Positions 1-12,105 are shown, counted from the stretch's first letter. The stretch is DNA of 64,000 bases from an uncultured Gemmatimonadales bacterium (GCA_963816355.1 CAWFKH010000001.1:590890-654889), one strand, 5' to 3'. Made by a program: numbers and translations. Notes: a model not told the origin generated them from the letters alone.

Positions 1-1452
1 GCCTACCTCGCCGAGCGTGGGTGGGACGTGGTGATGCTGGAGAAGGGCGGCTTCTTCCGCGCGCAGGACTTCACGCAGCGGGAGGAGGACGCGATGGGCG
101 ACTTCAACGGTCGCCGCGGCATGGACGCGTCGAAGGACAACTCGATCTTCCTGAACTACGCGGAGGCGGTGGGCGGCTGCACGGTCCACTACTGGGGCGA
201 CTGCCTGCGCACGCCGCCGGACCGGCTGGCGTGGTGGCGCACCTCGCGCGGCCTCGACTGGATGACGCCCGAGGTGCTCGACCCGCACTGGGACGCGATC
301 TGGCGGGAGCTGGGGATCCATCCCGCCGAGGAGCGGCTCTTCAATGAGAACAACCGCCTCGTGCGCAAGGGCTGCGAGGCGCTCGGCGTGGACGGCGAGA
401 CGACCGACACCGCGCGCGTCGACTGCGTCGCGTGCGGCTGGACGCAGTTCGGCTGCGCGTACAACCGCAAGTCGTCGCAGCTCATCACGACGATCCCGCG
501 CGTCAGCCGCGCGGGCGGCCGCATCTACAGCGACGCGCACGTGCGGCGCATCGGGATCGAGGGCGGTCGCGCGACGGGCGTGGAAGGCGACGTCGTCGAC
601 CGCCGCACGAAGCGCGCGATCGGCCGGTTCCGCGTGGACGCCCCGGTGGTGGTGCTGGCGGGCGGCTCGCTCGGCACCGCGGACCTGCTGCTGCGCAGCG
701 TGCGCGATCCGACGGTGGGCCGGCGCCTTTACATCAATCCGCACTACTGGGTGTTCGCGGACTTCGGCCGCCGCATCGAGAACACGACCGGCATCCCATG
801 CGCGTACATCGTGCACGAGTGGCGCCGCAAGGTGGTCGACGCGAAGGGGGACTACGTGCGCGGCGGCTACATCATGCTGTGCAGCCACCAGAGCCCCGGC
901 ATCACCGCGGCGCAGATGAGCGCGATCGGCGCGGACCACACGCGCCTCATGCGCAACTATCACCAGTACGGCTCCGTGATGTCCGTGATCGACGAGGACA
1001 ACCCGGGCCGCGTCTACCTCGACGGCGATGGCCACCGCCGCGTCGACTACCAGGTGCGCGGCGACGACCTGCTCAAGGCCGTCGACTACCTGCGCAACGC
1101 GTCGCGCATCTTCCTCGCCGCCGGGGCGAAGGAGGTGGTCGTGCCGGACGTCTACGGCACCGTCGTGCGGAGCGAGGCGGACGTGCGCGCGAAGATCGGG
1201 GCGCGCTCGGTGCAGCCGAACGCGCAGTTCACCGCCGGCAGCCACCTGCTCGGCACCGCCCCGCTCGGGGCGGACCCGGACGACGCCTTCGCCGGACCCA
1301 CCGGCGAGGCGCACCGCGTGAAGGGACTCTACGTGGCGGATGGCGCCGCGGTCCCCACCTCCGTCTCCGTCGACCCGTCGATCACCATCATGGGCGTCGC
1401 GCGCCACATCGCGCAGGGTCTGCACGAGCGGCGCGGGCGCGCGGGAAGCTGA
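1..1452 (+). CDS. GMC family oxidoreductase (5'-truncated by window edge)
   Basis: Frame open from base 1 (AYLAERGWDVVMLEKG); VGGCT, CxxCG, VVLAGG, HLLGTAPLG, GLYVADG and DPSITIM GMC motifs. Confidence 0.9.
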   Translation, partial: AYLAERGWDVVMLEKGGFFRAQDFTQREEDAMGDFNGRRGMDASKDNSIFLNYAEAVGGCTVHYWGDCLRTPPDRLAWWRTSRGLDWMTPEVLDPHWDAIWRELGIHPAEERLFNENNRLVRKGCEALGVDGETTDTARVDCVACGWTQFGCAYNRKSSQLITTIPRVSRAGGRIYSDAHVRRIGIEGGRATGVEGDVVDRRTKRAIGRFRVDAPVVVLAGGSLGTADLLLRSVRDPTVGRRLYINPHYWVFADFGRRIENTTGIPCAYIVHEWRRKVVDAKGDYVRGGYIMLCSHQSPGITAAQMSAIGADHTRLMRNYHQYGSVMSVIDEDNPGRVYLDGDGHRRVDYQVRGDDLLKAVDYLRNASRIFLAAGAKEVVVPDVYGTVVRSEADVRAKIGARSVQPNAQFTAGSHLLGTAPLGADPDDAFAGPTGEAHRVKGLYVADGAAVPTSVSVDPSITIMGVARHIAQGLHERRGRAGS

Positions 1453-2231
1453 GCGCGCCGGACGCGGCCTACCCGACGGCGCCGCCGGACGCGGCGCTCG
1501 AAGCGCTGCTCGATCGCTACGCGCCCTTCTCGCCCGCTCCGCTCTGCCCGGAGCTGCGCGTCTTCACAGGCAGGGACCTCGTCGTGCTGTGGGAGGCGGC
1601 GGAGGCGCTCGCCGGGCGGCCGCTCCCCTCGCCGTTCTGGGCCTACCCGTGGCCGGGCGGCGCCGCCCTCGCGCGGCTGCTGCTCGACGCGCCGGCGCGC
1701 GTGCGCGGCCGCCGCGTGCTCGAGATCGGCTGCGGCGGCGGCATGGCGGCGCTCGCGGCTGCGCGGTGCGGTGCGGCGCGCGTCGTGGCGAACGACGTCG
1801 ACCCGTGGGCGCTCGCGGTCGCCGGCATCGCCGCGCGCCGACAGGAGCTGCGGCTCGAGACGCTGCAGGCGGACCTCGCGGCGGAGGGCGCGTGGCCGCC
1901 GGCGTGCGGCGGCCCGCGTGAGGCGACGGCCGGCGCCCGCCGCGTGAGCGGAGCGGCGTGCGGCGTCGGCGAGGCGGCGGCGTTCGAGGTGGTGCTGTGC
2001 GGCGACGTCGCCTACGAGCGGGCCGGGGCGCCGCGCGTGCGTGCCCTGCTGGCGGCGGCGCTCGCGGCCGGGGCGGAGGTCCTGCTTGCCGATCCGGGGC
2101 GTCGCTACTTCGACGCGCGCGGACTGCGCGAGGTCGCGTGCTGGACGGTCGGGGTGCCGCGCGATCTGGAGGGCACGGAGCGGCGGACGGCGAGAGTCTA
2201 CGAGCTCCTGCGGGGCGATGAGCCGGTGTAG
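1449..2231 (+). CDS. Class I SAM-dependent methyltransferase (PrmA/lysine methyltransferase-like)
   Basis: PFWAYPWPGG, VLEIGCGGG, GDVAYE, ADPGRRY motifs; start placed at CTG overlapping the upstream TGA (start uncertain). Confidence 0.8.
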   Translation: MSAPDAAYPTAPPDAALEALLDRYAPFSPAPLCPELRVFTGRDLVVLWEAAEALAGRPLPSPFWAYPWPGGAALARLLLDAPARVRGRRVLEIGCGGGMAALAAARCGAARVVANDVDPWALAVAGIAARRQELRLETLQADLAAEGAWPPACGGPREATAGARRVSGAACGVGEAAAFEVVLCGDVAYERAGAPRVRALLAAALAAGAEVLLADPGRRYFDARGLREVACWTVGVPRDLEGTERRTARVYELLRGDEPV

Positions 2232-2244
2232 GCGGCCGCGCGCC

Positions 2245-3240
2245 TCAAGCCTTCATCGGCCCGAACTTCTCGGGCGTGCCGGCGCCGGTGCCGGGAAGCA
2301 TCTGCTTGAGGCGGGGCAGGTCGATGTTGCCGCCGCTGAGCACGGCGACGACGCACGCATCCTCGGGCGCGTCGATGCGGCCGGCGAGCAGCGCGGCGAC
2401 CGCGGCGGCGCCGGCGGGCTCGAGCATCAGCTTGCCGCGCTCGAGCGCGAAGATGATCGCTTCGGTCAGCTCCTCGTCGCTGACGAGCACGATTTCGTCG
2501 ACGAGCGCGCGGATGTGCTCGAGCGCGATCGGGCCGGTGTGCGGTGTGGCGAGGCCGTCGGCGATCGTCTGCACGGTGTCGAGGTCGACCGCCTCGCCGG
2601 CGCGCAGCGCGGCCGTGACGCACGCCGCCCCGGTCGGCTCCACGCCGACGACGCGCGTGCGCGGGCGCAACCGCTTGATCACCGTGGCGATGCCGGAGAT
2701 GAGGCCGCCGCCGCCGACCGGCACGACGACGATGTCCGGCTCGGGCAGGTCGTCGAGGATCTCGAGGCCGACGGTGCCCTGGCCGGCGATGACCGCCTCG
2801 TCCTCGAACGGGTGGACGAAGACGAGGCCGCGCTCGAGGCGCAGCTCCTCGCAGCGGTCGAAGGCGTCGAATACGGTGCCGTGGAGGACGACCTCGGCGC
2901 CGTAGCGGCGGCTCGCCTCGACCTTCGAGGTGGGCGCTGTCTCCGGCATGACCACGGTGCTGCGGATGCCCGCCTCCGTGGCCGCGAAGGCGACCGCCTG
3001 CGCGTGGTTGCCGGCGGAGACCGCGATGAGGCCGCGGGCCTTCTCGTCGTTCGTGAGGGAGCGCACCTTGTTCAGGGCGCCGCGCGCCTTGAAGGAGCCG
3101 GTGCGCTGCAGGCACTCCGCCTTGAGGAAGGCCCGGGTGCCGGTGCGTCTGCCGAGCGTGTTGGAGGTGAGGAGAGGCGTGTGGTGAACCCGGTCGACGA
3201 TCGCCTCACGCGCCTCCCGAATGCGCTCCAGACTGACCAT
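2245..3240 (-). CDS. ilvA: Threonine/serine dehydratase (PLP), short form
   Basis: LQRTGSFKARGA, SAGNHAQ, PVGGGGL, SGGNID; AAGGAG RBS before ATG 3240. Confidence 0.9.
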   Translation of the reverse strand: MVSLERIREAREAIVDRVHHTPLLTSNTLGRRTGTRAFLKAECLQRTGSFKARGALNKVRSLTNDEKARGLIAVSAGNHAQAVAFAATEAGIRSTVVMPETAPTSKVEASRRYGAEVVLHGTVFDAFDRCEELRLERGLVFVHPFEDEAVIAGQGTVGLEILDDLPEPDIVVVPVGGGGLISGIATVIKRLRPRTRVVGVEPTGAACVTAALRAGEAVDLDTVQTIADGLATPHTGPIALEHIRALVDEIVLVSDEELTEAIIFALERGKLMLEPAGAAAVAALLAGRIDAPEDACVVAVLSGGNIDLPRLKQMLPGTGAGTPEKFGPMKA

Positions 3241-3379
3241 GCGGCTCCTTTGCGAGATCGACGCCCGCCGGGCGGGCGCAGAATGATGCGGGAGCCCGCA
3301 GAGGGGCGCAAGTTCAGCCGCTCTGCGGAACGATCCTTGCCCCCGCTCGGGGAGACCATGACTGCCGGCGAGCCGTACC

Positions 3380-5335
<1,956 letters not shown>

Positions 5336-5374
5336 GGGAGCACCGGGCCGCGCCGCAGGCCGTGCGGCGCGCGC

Positions 5375-5821
5375 TCAGCCCTCGCGCAGCTCGCGCCGGA
5401 ACTCGTCCGTGATGCGCTGCCGCCCCGCGAAGCCGGCCCGTTCCTCGTGCCACCACTCCACGCCCGCCTCGCCCAGCTTCCAGCACAGCAGCACCGTGCG
5501 GCAACGGTAGCGCCCGCGGAAGTCGATCAGACCGGTATCCAGCCCCTTGCACGTGCAGCCGACCTGCTCCAGCTCCGCAACGAACGCCTCGATGCGACGC
5601 GAATCCTCCTCCATCGCGTCGCGCAGCGCGGCGGCGCGCCGCACGGCGCCGTCGTCCTCCGGCTCGCGCCGCAGGATCGCGTTCAGCTCGCGCCCGCGCT
5701 CCTGCAGCTCCGCGTAGCGGTCGACGGCATCGGACAGGATGCGCCGCACGAGCGGGAGCGTGCGCTCCGCCTCCTCGACCGTGAAGAAGCGCGTCGAGGC
5801 CGGCTCGCGACGCGTCGTCAC
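5375..5821 (-). CDS. DUF2203 family protein
   Basis: FTVEEAERTLPLV...GLIDF...LLCWKLGE...WWH...GFAGRQ; GTG start overlaps upstream TGA. Confidence 0.85.
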   Translation of the reverse strand: MTTRREPASTRFFTVEEAERTLPLVRRILSDAVDRYAELQERGRELNAILRREPEDDGAVRRAAALRDAMEEDSRRIEAFVAELEQVGCTCKGLDTGLIDFRGRYRCRTVLLCWKLGEAGVEWWHEERAGFAGRQRITDEFRRELREG

Positions 5822-6471
5822 GACTCCAGGACCCATTCGCAGATCCCCTCGCCCTGCGCCTCGCAGCGGGAGTGCGCGACGCGCTCGCGACGACCGGTGT
5901 AGAGGAAGACCAGCTCCTCGAGCACCGCGGTGAAGAGGACGCACGCCGTGCCATCGCCCGCCAGGTCCGCCGTGAACGGGTGCCGGATGCGCGCCGCCAG
6001 CGGGCGCCCCACGAGCTCGATCGTGCCGCGGCCGAGGAGGTGCCGCAGCAGCCGGCGCGCGGCGCGTCGTACGGCGAAGAAGACGACGGGGCGCGGCAGG
6101 CCGCGGGAGCCGAGCCGGCCGGCGGCGGGGCGACGTCGCCGCTCGAAGTGACGGCGCGCGATCGTCGTCCCCGCCTCGCGCAGCACCGCCGGCGCGTCCT
6201 GCCGGCGCAGCACCAGCCGCATCAGGTCCACCGCTTCCGCGAGGGGCACCGCGTCGCCGCGACGCACCGTCTCCTCCAGCCGCCGAATCTGCAGCAGCAC
6301 CACGTCGCTCAGGCCGAGCCGGCGCGGCAGGCTCACCTGGAAGTTCTCGTCCTCGAGCACCTCTGCGGGGAAGTCGTGGTCGCGCATCGCCTCCAGCAGC
6401 GACAGCGGCAGCAGCGGCGACACCCGCCCCGGCCTGCGCCTGCGTGCTTCTTCCGACACCTCTCGGTCCAC
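5818..6471 (-). CDS. Hypothetical protein with C-terminal V4R-like domain
   Basis: C..E..C..CEW pattern (TACVLF..HSRCEAQGEGICEW); AGGAG RBS. Confidence 0.6.
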   Translation of the reverse strand: MDREVSEEARRRRPGRVSPLLPLSLLEAMRDHDFPAEVLEDENFQVSLPRRLGLSDVVLLQIRRLEETVRRGDAVPLAEAVDLMRLVLRRQDAPAVLREAGTTIARRHFERRRRPAAGRLGSRGLPRPVVFFAVRRAARRLLRHLLGRGTIELVGRPLAARIRHPFTADLAGDGTACVLFTAVLEELVFLYTGRRERVAHSRCEAQGEGICEWVLES

Positions 6472-6653
6472 TCCTGGTCGCGGTCCGTGCGGCGCCTAAT
6501 CTGGGGGAGGCAAGGGGTGTCGCCAAGAGGGGGCTTCGCGAGGCCGGCCTGGGGAGTGAGCGCGTCGTCGCCGCCGTGCCGCCTGCGTTCTCCGCGGCCC
6601 GGTTCCTGCACCGCCGACCGACGAGCACCCACGGTCCACGAGAGAGGTGAAGG

Positions 6654-7115
6654 ATGGTCGACGAGAGCTGTGTCTTCTGCCGGATCATCGCCGGCGAGGA
6701 GATGGTGAGCATCGTGCACGAGGACGACCGCGCCATCGCGTTCATGGACATCAGCCCGCTGGGACCCGGCCACGCGCTCGTCGTCTCGCGCCACCACCAC
6801 GCCACGGTCCTCGACATGCCGGAGGAGCTCGCCGCGCACTGCATGGTCGTCGCGCGGCGGATCGCCGAGGGCGTGCGCGCTGCCACCGGCGCGGAGGCGG
6901 TCAACCTTTTCAGCGCCAACGGTCGCGCGGGCGGACAGGATGTGCCGCACTTCCATCTGCACGTGATCCCCGTGCACGAGGGCGACGATTTCCCGCTGCA
7001 GCTCCCGGCACGCGACGGCCCGCTGCAGTCGCGCTCGCAGCTCGACGTCATGGCGGCGCGCATCGGCCGCGCGATCCAGCAGCGCACGCACGAGCTGAGC
7101 GCCGTCCAGGGCTGA
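6654..7115 (+). CDS. HIT family hydrolase
   Basis: CVFCRII N-terminus, GHALVV, VPHFHLHVIP histidine triad. Confidence 0.93.
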   Translation: MVDESCVFCRIIAGEEMVSIVHEDDRAIAFMDISPLGPGHALVVSRHHHATVLDMPEELAAHCMVVARRIAEGVRAATGAEAVNLFSANGRAGGQDVPHFHLHVIPVHEGDDFPLQLPARDGPLQSRSQLDVMAARIGRAIQQRTHELSAVQG

Positions 7116-7183
7116 AGTCGCGAGGGGCGGCGCGCGCTCCGCCTCCACTGGCCCACGCCCCGCGCGCGGCCTACCTTTCCCGC

Positions 7184-8311
7184 ATGCGACGCCACCCTCC
7201 GTTCGACCCGCCCGAATACATCGACTGGGCGCCGGATCCGGCGCTGGTGGGCGAGTTCCGCGAGCGGCCGCGGCGCGACGCGGATCGCCGCGCGGTCGTC
7301 GAGGCGCTCGACGAGGCGAAGCTGCTCGAGCTGTACGCCGGCCTCGTGCGCAACCGCCTGCACGACATCACGCTGAAGCGCTGGGTGCGGCGCGGCGTGC
7401 TGTCGAAGGCGTGGCTGGGCACCGGCGAGGAGGCGGTCACGGTGGGCTGCGTGGCGGCCCTCGAGCGCGGCGGCGACGTCGTCGCCCCGATGATCCGCAA
7501 CGCGGGCGCGTGCGCGGAGATGGGGATGCCGCTCGAGCGCATCTTCGGTGGCTATCTCGGCCTGCGCGACGGACCGAACGGCGGCCGCGACGGCCACTTC
7601 GGCGACCTCGAGCACGGCGTGCTGCAGCCGATCTCGCACGTCGGCGCGATGGTGCCGGTCGTGACGGGCATCGCGCTCGCGTTCCGCCAGCGAGGCGAGC
7701 CGCGCGTCGCGCTGACGTGGGTGGGCGACGGCGCGACCAAGACCAGCGACTTCCACGAGGGCGTCAACTTCGCGGCGGTGCGCCGCGTCCCGGCGATCTT
7801 CGTGATCCAGAACAACCAGGTGGCCCTCGGCACACGGCTCGACCAGCACGGTGCGGGAGATTTCCGCGACTGGCCGGCGATGTACGGCGTGCGCGGCGCC
7901 GAGGCCGACGGCAACAACGTGCTCGACGTCTACGCCGCCACGCGCCTCGCGGCGGAGCACGCCCGCGCGGGCGGCGGCCCGACGCTGCTCGTCGTCGAGA
8001 CGTTCCGCATGGGCGGCCACGCCACGCACGACGAGGCGGAGGCGCGCGCCACGTTCGACGCCGAGCTCTTCGCCGCGTGGGGTCGGCGTGACCCGATCGG
8101 CCTCTTCGAGGAGTACCTGGTCGAGGAAGGGATCGCGCGCGAGCGGCTGCAGGGGATCGAGGACGACGTCGACGCCGCGATCGAGGCCGCCGCCGAGGCC
8201 GCCCTCGCCGCCCGCGAGGCCGGCGTCCCGCTCGGCCCTGACGCGGAGTACGACGGGATCAGCGCGGGCGTGCGGCAGCCTGGCCTCGCCGCGCGCATCG
8301 GCGACGGCTGA
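7184..8311 (+). CDS. Thiamine pyrophosphate-dependent 2-oxoacid dehydrogenase E1 alpha subunit
   Basis: GDGA...NN TPP motif, TFRMGGHATHD, RDPI. Confidence 0.9.
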   Translation: MRRHPPFDPPEYIDWAPDPALVGEFRERPRRDADRRAVVEALDEAKLLELYAGLVRNRLHDITLKRWVRRGVLSKAWLGTGEEAVTVGCVAALERGGDVVAPMIRNAGACAEMGMPLERIFGGYLGLRDGPNGGRDGHFGDLEHGVLQPISHVGAMVPVVTGIALAFRQRGEPRVALTWVGDGATKTSDFHEGVNFAAVRRVPAIFVIQNNQVALGTRLDQHGAGDFRDWPAMYGVRGAEADGNNVLDVYAATRLAAEHARAGGGPTLLVVETFRMGGHATHDEAEARATFDAELFAAWGRRDPIGLFEEYLVEEGIARERLQGIEDDVDAAIEAAAEAALAAREAGVPLGPDAEYDGISAGVRQPGLAARIGDG

Positions 8312-9004
8312 GTGGGCGAGGCGAGCGAGCACGAGGTCCGGACGACGCGGCGCGCGCGTTTCTACGCGCTCGGGCCGGCGTCGGCGCGCGAGGTCTGGCT
8401 CGTCTGTCATGGCTATCGCCAGCTCGCCGGCCGCTTCATCCGCCGCTTCGAGGCGCTCGACGACGGCCGCCGCCGCATCGTCGCCCCCGAGGCGCTCTCC
8501 CGCTTCTACATCGAGGACGAGGAGGGCCCGCACGGCCCCCACTCCCGTGTCGGCGCGAGCTGGATGACGCGTGAGGACCGGCTGCGCGAGATCGCCGACT
8601 ACGTCGAGTACCTCGACCGCGTCGCGCAGCGCGCGCTCGACGCCGCGCCCGACGCGCGCCTCGTCGCGCTCGGCTTCTCGCAGGGCGCCGCCACCGCCAG
8701 CCGCTGGGCGCTCGCCGGCCGCAGCCGGCCGCACCGCCTCGTGCTGTGGGCCGGCGCCGTCGCCCACGACGTCGACCTCGCGGCCGCCGCGCCGCGCCTG
8801 CGGGCGCTGCGGCCGATCGCCGTCGTCGGCGACGCGGACCCCCACGTCTCCGATGCCACGATCGCGCGCGAGCGGCTGCGGCTCGCCGGCGCCGGCGTCG
8901 ATTTCGGGCTGATACGCTACGCCGGCGGCCACCGCGTCACGGACGACGCTCTGCGCGCGCTGGTCGAGACACTCGATTCCGGTCAGGAGGTGCAGGGACC
9001 ATGA
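8312..9004 (+). CDS. Phospholipase/carboxylesterase (alpha/beta hydrolase)
   Basis: HGY, GFSQG nucleophile elbow, GxxD, GGH. Confidence 0.88.
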   Translation: MGEASEHEVRTTRRARFYALGPASAREVWLVCHGYRQLAGRFIRRFEALDDGRRRIVAPEALSRFYIEDEEGPHGPHSRVGASWMTREDRLREIADYVEYLDRVAQRALDAAPDARLVALGFSQGAATASRWALAGRSRPHRLVLWAGAVAHDVDLAAAAPRLRALRPIAVVGDADPHVSDATIARERLRLAGAGVDFGLIRYAGGHRVTDDALRALVETLDSGQEVQGP

Positions 9005-10962
9005 GGCTCACGCAGGCGACGACCTCGCTGGCGATCGCGGCGCTCGTGGCGATCGCGGCGCCGAGGCCCCCCCTCGCGCCGGCGCACGCCGCGCCGCAAC
9101 GGCCGGCACCGGCCGCGGCCGCGCGGGCTGCGGCCGCGCCGGCGGTCGAATACGACGTCGCCTTCCCGAACGCGGTCCACCACGAGGCGCGCATCACGGC
9201 GACGTTCTCCGGCCTCGGCGCCGCGCCGCTCGAGCTGCGCATGAGCCGCTCCTCGCCCGGGCGCTACGCGCTGCACGAGTTCGCCAAGAACGTCTATGCG
9301 GTGGAAGCGACGGACGGCGGCGGCCGCGCGCTCGATGTGGTGCGGCCGGACCCGTACGGCTGGACCGTGCCCCGCCACGGCGCCGTCGTGCGCGTGACGT
9401 ACACGCTCTTCGCCGACCGCGCGGGCGGGACCTACTCCGGGATCGACCGGACGCACGCGCACCTGAACATGCCGGCGACGTTCATGTGGGCGCGCGGGCT
9501 GCAGGAGCGTCCGATCCGCGTGCGGTTCCGTCCGCTCGCGGGGTGGAAGATCGCGACGCAGCTTCCGCCGGCCGCCGGCGCCGCGAACACGTTCACCGCG
9601 CCGGACCTGCAGTACTTCATGGACAGCCCGACCGAGTTGAGCGACCACGACGTGCGCGAGTGGACGGTCGAGTCGGGCGGGCGCACGCAGACGATCCGCG
9701 TGGCGCTGCACCACGCCGGCACGGCGGCGGAGCTCGACCGCTACGTCGAGCTGGCGAAGCGCGTGGTGCGCGCGGAGATGGGCGTGTTCGGCGAGCTGCC
9801 GGCGTACGACTACGGCACCTACACGTTCATCGCGGGCTACCTGCCGTACGTCTCCGGCGACGGCATGGAGCACCGCAACTCGACGAGCCTGACGAGCACG
9901 CGCTCGCTCGCCGACGCCACCCTGCCGCTCGTCTCCACCCTCGCCCACGAGTACTTCCACTCCTGGAACATGGAGCGGATCCGCGCGCGAGAGATCGAGC
10001 CGTTCGACTTCGAGCGCGCGAACATGTCGCCCGAGCTTTGGTTCGGCGAGGGGTTCACGAACTACTATGACGGGCTGTCGCTGCGCCGCGCCGGGATCAC
10101 CTCGGTCGACGACTTCGCCGCCGACGAGAGCCGCGCGGTGAACACCGTGGTCAACGCGCCGGGGCGCGCGTACCACTCGGCGGCGGGGATGAGCCGGCTG
10201 GCGCCGTTCGTCGACGCCGCGAGCTCGATCGACCCGACCAACTTCGCCAACACGTTCATCTCCTACTACACGTGGGGCGACGCGATCGGCCTCGGCCTCG
10301 ACCTCACGCTGCGCACGCGCTCGCCGGCGCGCACGCTCGACGATCTCATGCGCGCGATGTGGCGGAAGTTCGGGAAGACCGGCGTGCCCTACACGATGGA
10401 CGACCTGCGCCGCACGCTCGGCGAGGTGGCCGGCGACACCGCCTTCGCGAACGACTTCTTCCGCCGCTACATCACCGGCCACGCGGTGGTCGACTACGCC
10501 GCGCTGCTCGGCCGCTTCGGTCTGCTCCTGCGCCGGAGCGATCCCTCGGCGGCGTGGATCGGCGCGGAGGGGAGAGGGAGCCGGATCGCGACGCGGCTGG
10601 AATTCTCGGACGGCGCCGCCACCGTGGCTGGGCCGACGCTGGTGGGCGAGCCGCTCTACGACGCGGGCATCGACCGCGGCGATCGCATCCTCACGCTCGA
10701 CGGCGTGCCGCTCGCCAGCGCGGAGGCGCTGCGAGGGGTGCTCGGCCGGCACCAGCCCGGAGACACGGTCGACGTGGTCTTCGAGCAGCGGATGGCGCGC
10801 CGCACGGCGGCCGTCGTGCTCGGCGCCGATCCAGACCTCGAGATCGTGACCTACGAGGCGGCCGGCAAGCCGCTCTCGCCCGGGATGCGCGAGCTGCGGC
10901 GCGCGTGGCTCGGCGGCGAGGACGCCGCCGACGCGAAGCCGCGCCGCAGCGGCCAGCGCTAA
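9001..10962 (+). CDS. M61 family (glycyl) aminopeptidase with PDZ domain
   Basis: Signal peptide, GMEHRNS, AHEYFHSWN, LWFGEGFTNYY, C-terminal PDZ (AGIDRGDRI). Confidence 0.92.
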   Translation: MRLTQATTSLAIAALVAIAAPRPPLAPAHAAPQRPAPAAAARAAAAPAVEYDVAFPNAVHHEARITATFSGLGAAPLELRMSRSSPGRYALHEFAKNVYAVEATDGGGRALDVVRPDPYGWTVPRHGAVVRVTYTLFADRAGGTYSGIDRTHAHLNMPATFMWARGLQERPIRVRFRPLAGWKIATQLPPAAGAANTFTAPDLQYFMDSPTELSDHDVREWTVESGGRTQTIRVALHHAGTAAELDRYVELAKRVVRAEMGVFGELPAYDYGTYTFIAGYLPYVSGDGMEHRNSTSLTSTRSLADATLPLVSTLAHEYFHSWNMERIRAREIEPFDFERANMSPELWFGEGFTNYYDGLSLRRAGITSVDDFAADESRAVNTVVNAPGRAYHSAAGMSRLAPFVDAASSIDPTNFANTFISYYTWGDAIGLGLDLTLRTRSPARTLDDLMRAMWRKFGKTGVPYTMDDLRRTLGEVAGDTAFANDFFRRYITGHAVVDYAALLGRFGLLLRRSDPSAAWIGAEGRGSRIATRLEFSDGAATVAGPTLVGEPLYDAGIDRGDRILTLDGVPLASAEALRGVLGRHQPGDTVDVVFEQRMARRTAAVVLGADPDLEIVTYEAAGKPLSPGMRELRRAWLGGEDAADAKPRRSGQR

Positions 10963-10998
10963 CCCGGCGCCGCGGCCCTGGCCGGCCCGGCGTAGCGG

Positions 10999-11847
10999 TC
11001 AGGTTGAGCCCCCGGAAGCGATCCCCTCCAGCGCCTTGCGGCAGCGCGCCTCCAAGCGCTCGTCGCCGATGCGCGCCGGCCAGGCCGCGAAGGCGGGCGT
11101 GGGGCCGCGCCAGCGCAGCGCGTCGACGTCGTCGAATAGAGGTGCGTCCGAGCGCAGCGTCGCCAGGTCCTTGAAGAGGAGCGCGCGCCGCCGGTCGTCG
11201 CCCGACAGCGCTTCCGCGGGGAAGGCCTCGATCGGCCCGTGCCGGTCCACCAGCCGGCCCGCGGTCTTCGCGCCGATGCCGGCGATGCCGGGATAGCCGT
11301 CGGCGGCGTCTCCCACGAGCGCGAGGTAGTCCGGGATCCGCGCCGGCTCGACGCCGAACTTCTCGCGCACTCCCGCCGCGTCGAGCACCTTGCCGCTGCG
11401 CCGGTCCACCTGCACCACGCGCTCCCCCACGACGCACTGCGCCAGGTCCTTGTCCGGCGACCAGATCGAGACGCGCTCCACGCGCTCGTCTGCCGCCGCC
11501 AGCCGCGCCGCGGACGCCAGCGCGTCGTCCGCTTCCAGCTCCGCCATCGGCCACACCGCCACCCCCATCGCGCCGAGCGCGTCCTCGAGCGGCTCGAACT
11601 GGCTCTGCAGCGTCGGCTCGACCCCCTCCCCCGTCTTGTAGCCGGGCCACAGCTCGTTGCGGAACGACTCGATCTCGTGATCCGTCGCCACGCCCACGTG
11701 CGTCGCCCCGCCCTCGAACATCTGCAGCACCGTGCGGAGGACCCCCAGCACCGCGCCCAGCGGCGGATCGCTCCCCTTCGCGAAGCGGCGGATCCCGTAG
11801 AAATGGCGGAACAGCTCGTAGGTGCCATCGACGAGGTGCACGATCAT
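10999..11847 (-). CDS. 5'-3' exonuclease / flap endonuclease (PIN + H3TH)
   Basis: VHLVDG, EADDALAS, SPDKDLAQ, LVGDAADGYPGIAGIGAKTA. Confidence 0.92.
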   Translation of the reverse strand: MIVHLVDGTYELFRHFYGIRRFAKGSDPPLGAVLGVLRTVLQMFEGGATHVGVATDHEIESFRNELWPGYKTGEGVEPTLQSQFEPLEDALGAMGVAVWPMAELEADDALASAARLAAADERVERVSIWSPDKDLAQCVVGERVVQVDRRSGKVLDAAGVREKFGVEPARIPDYLALVGDAADGYPGIAGIGAKTAGRLVDRHGPIEAFPAEALSGDDRRRALLFKDLATLRSDAPLFDDVDALRWRGPTPAFAAWPARIGDERLEARCRKALEGIASGGST

Positions 11848-11954
11848 GCGTGGCGTCCTCGCTAGCTTGGCTCCCACGACCGCATCGCGGCGGCATCGCC
11901 GCGCGCTGTCGCGAGCAGAGGGTAAACAGTGAGGCGAAGCGGAAACATGTGGCG

Positions 11955-12002
11955 GGCCGCGGCGCCCGGCAAGGTGGCCGCGGCGCCCGGCAAGGTGGCC
12001 GC
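11955..12002. repeat. 21-bp tandem repeat x2.3 (GGCCGCGGCGCCCGGCAAGGT)
   Basis: Exact copies at 11955-11975 and 11976-11996 plus a partial copy. Confidence 0.85.
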
Positions 12003-12105
12003 TATGACCGCGCGGGGGAGACCGTCCCCGGAAGGGGACGGCAGCGGCGGCGCAAGAGGACGGGGAGAGCGCTGTAAGTCACAATGTCATAAGGGCTTGG
12101 CTGGA

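Noticed and set aside
5349..5371. GC hairpin between convergent ftsH and DUF2203 as an intrinsic terminator
   Set aside because: The 9-bp stem is real but has no U-tract on either side, so it cannot be called with confidence
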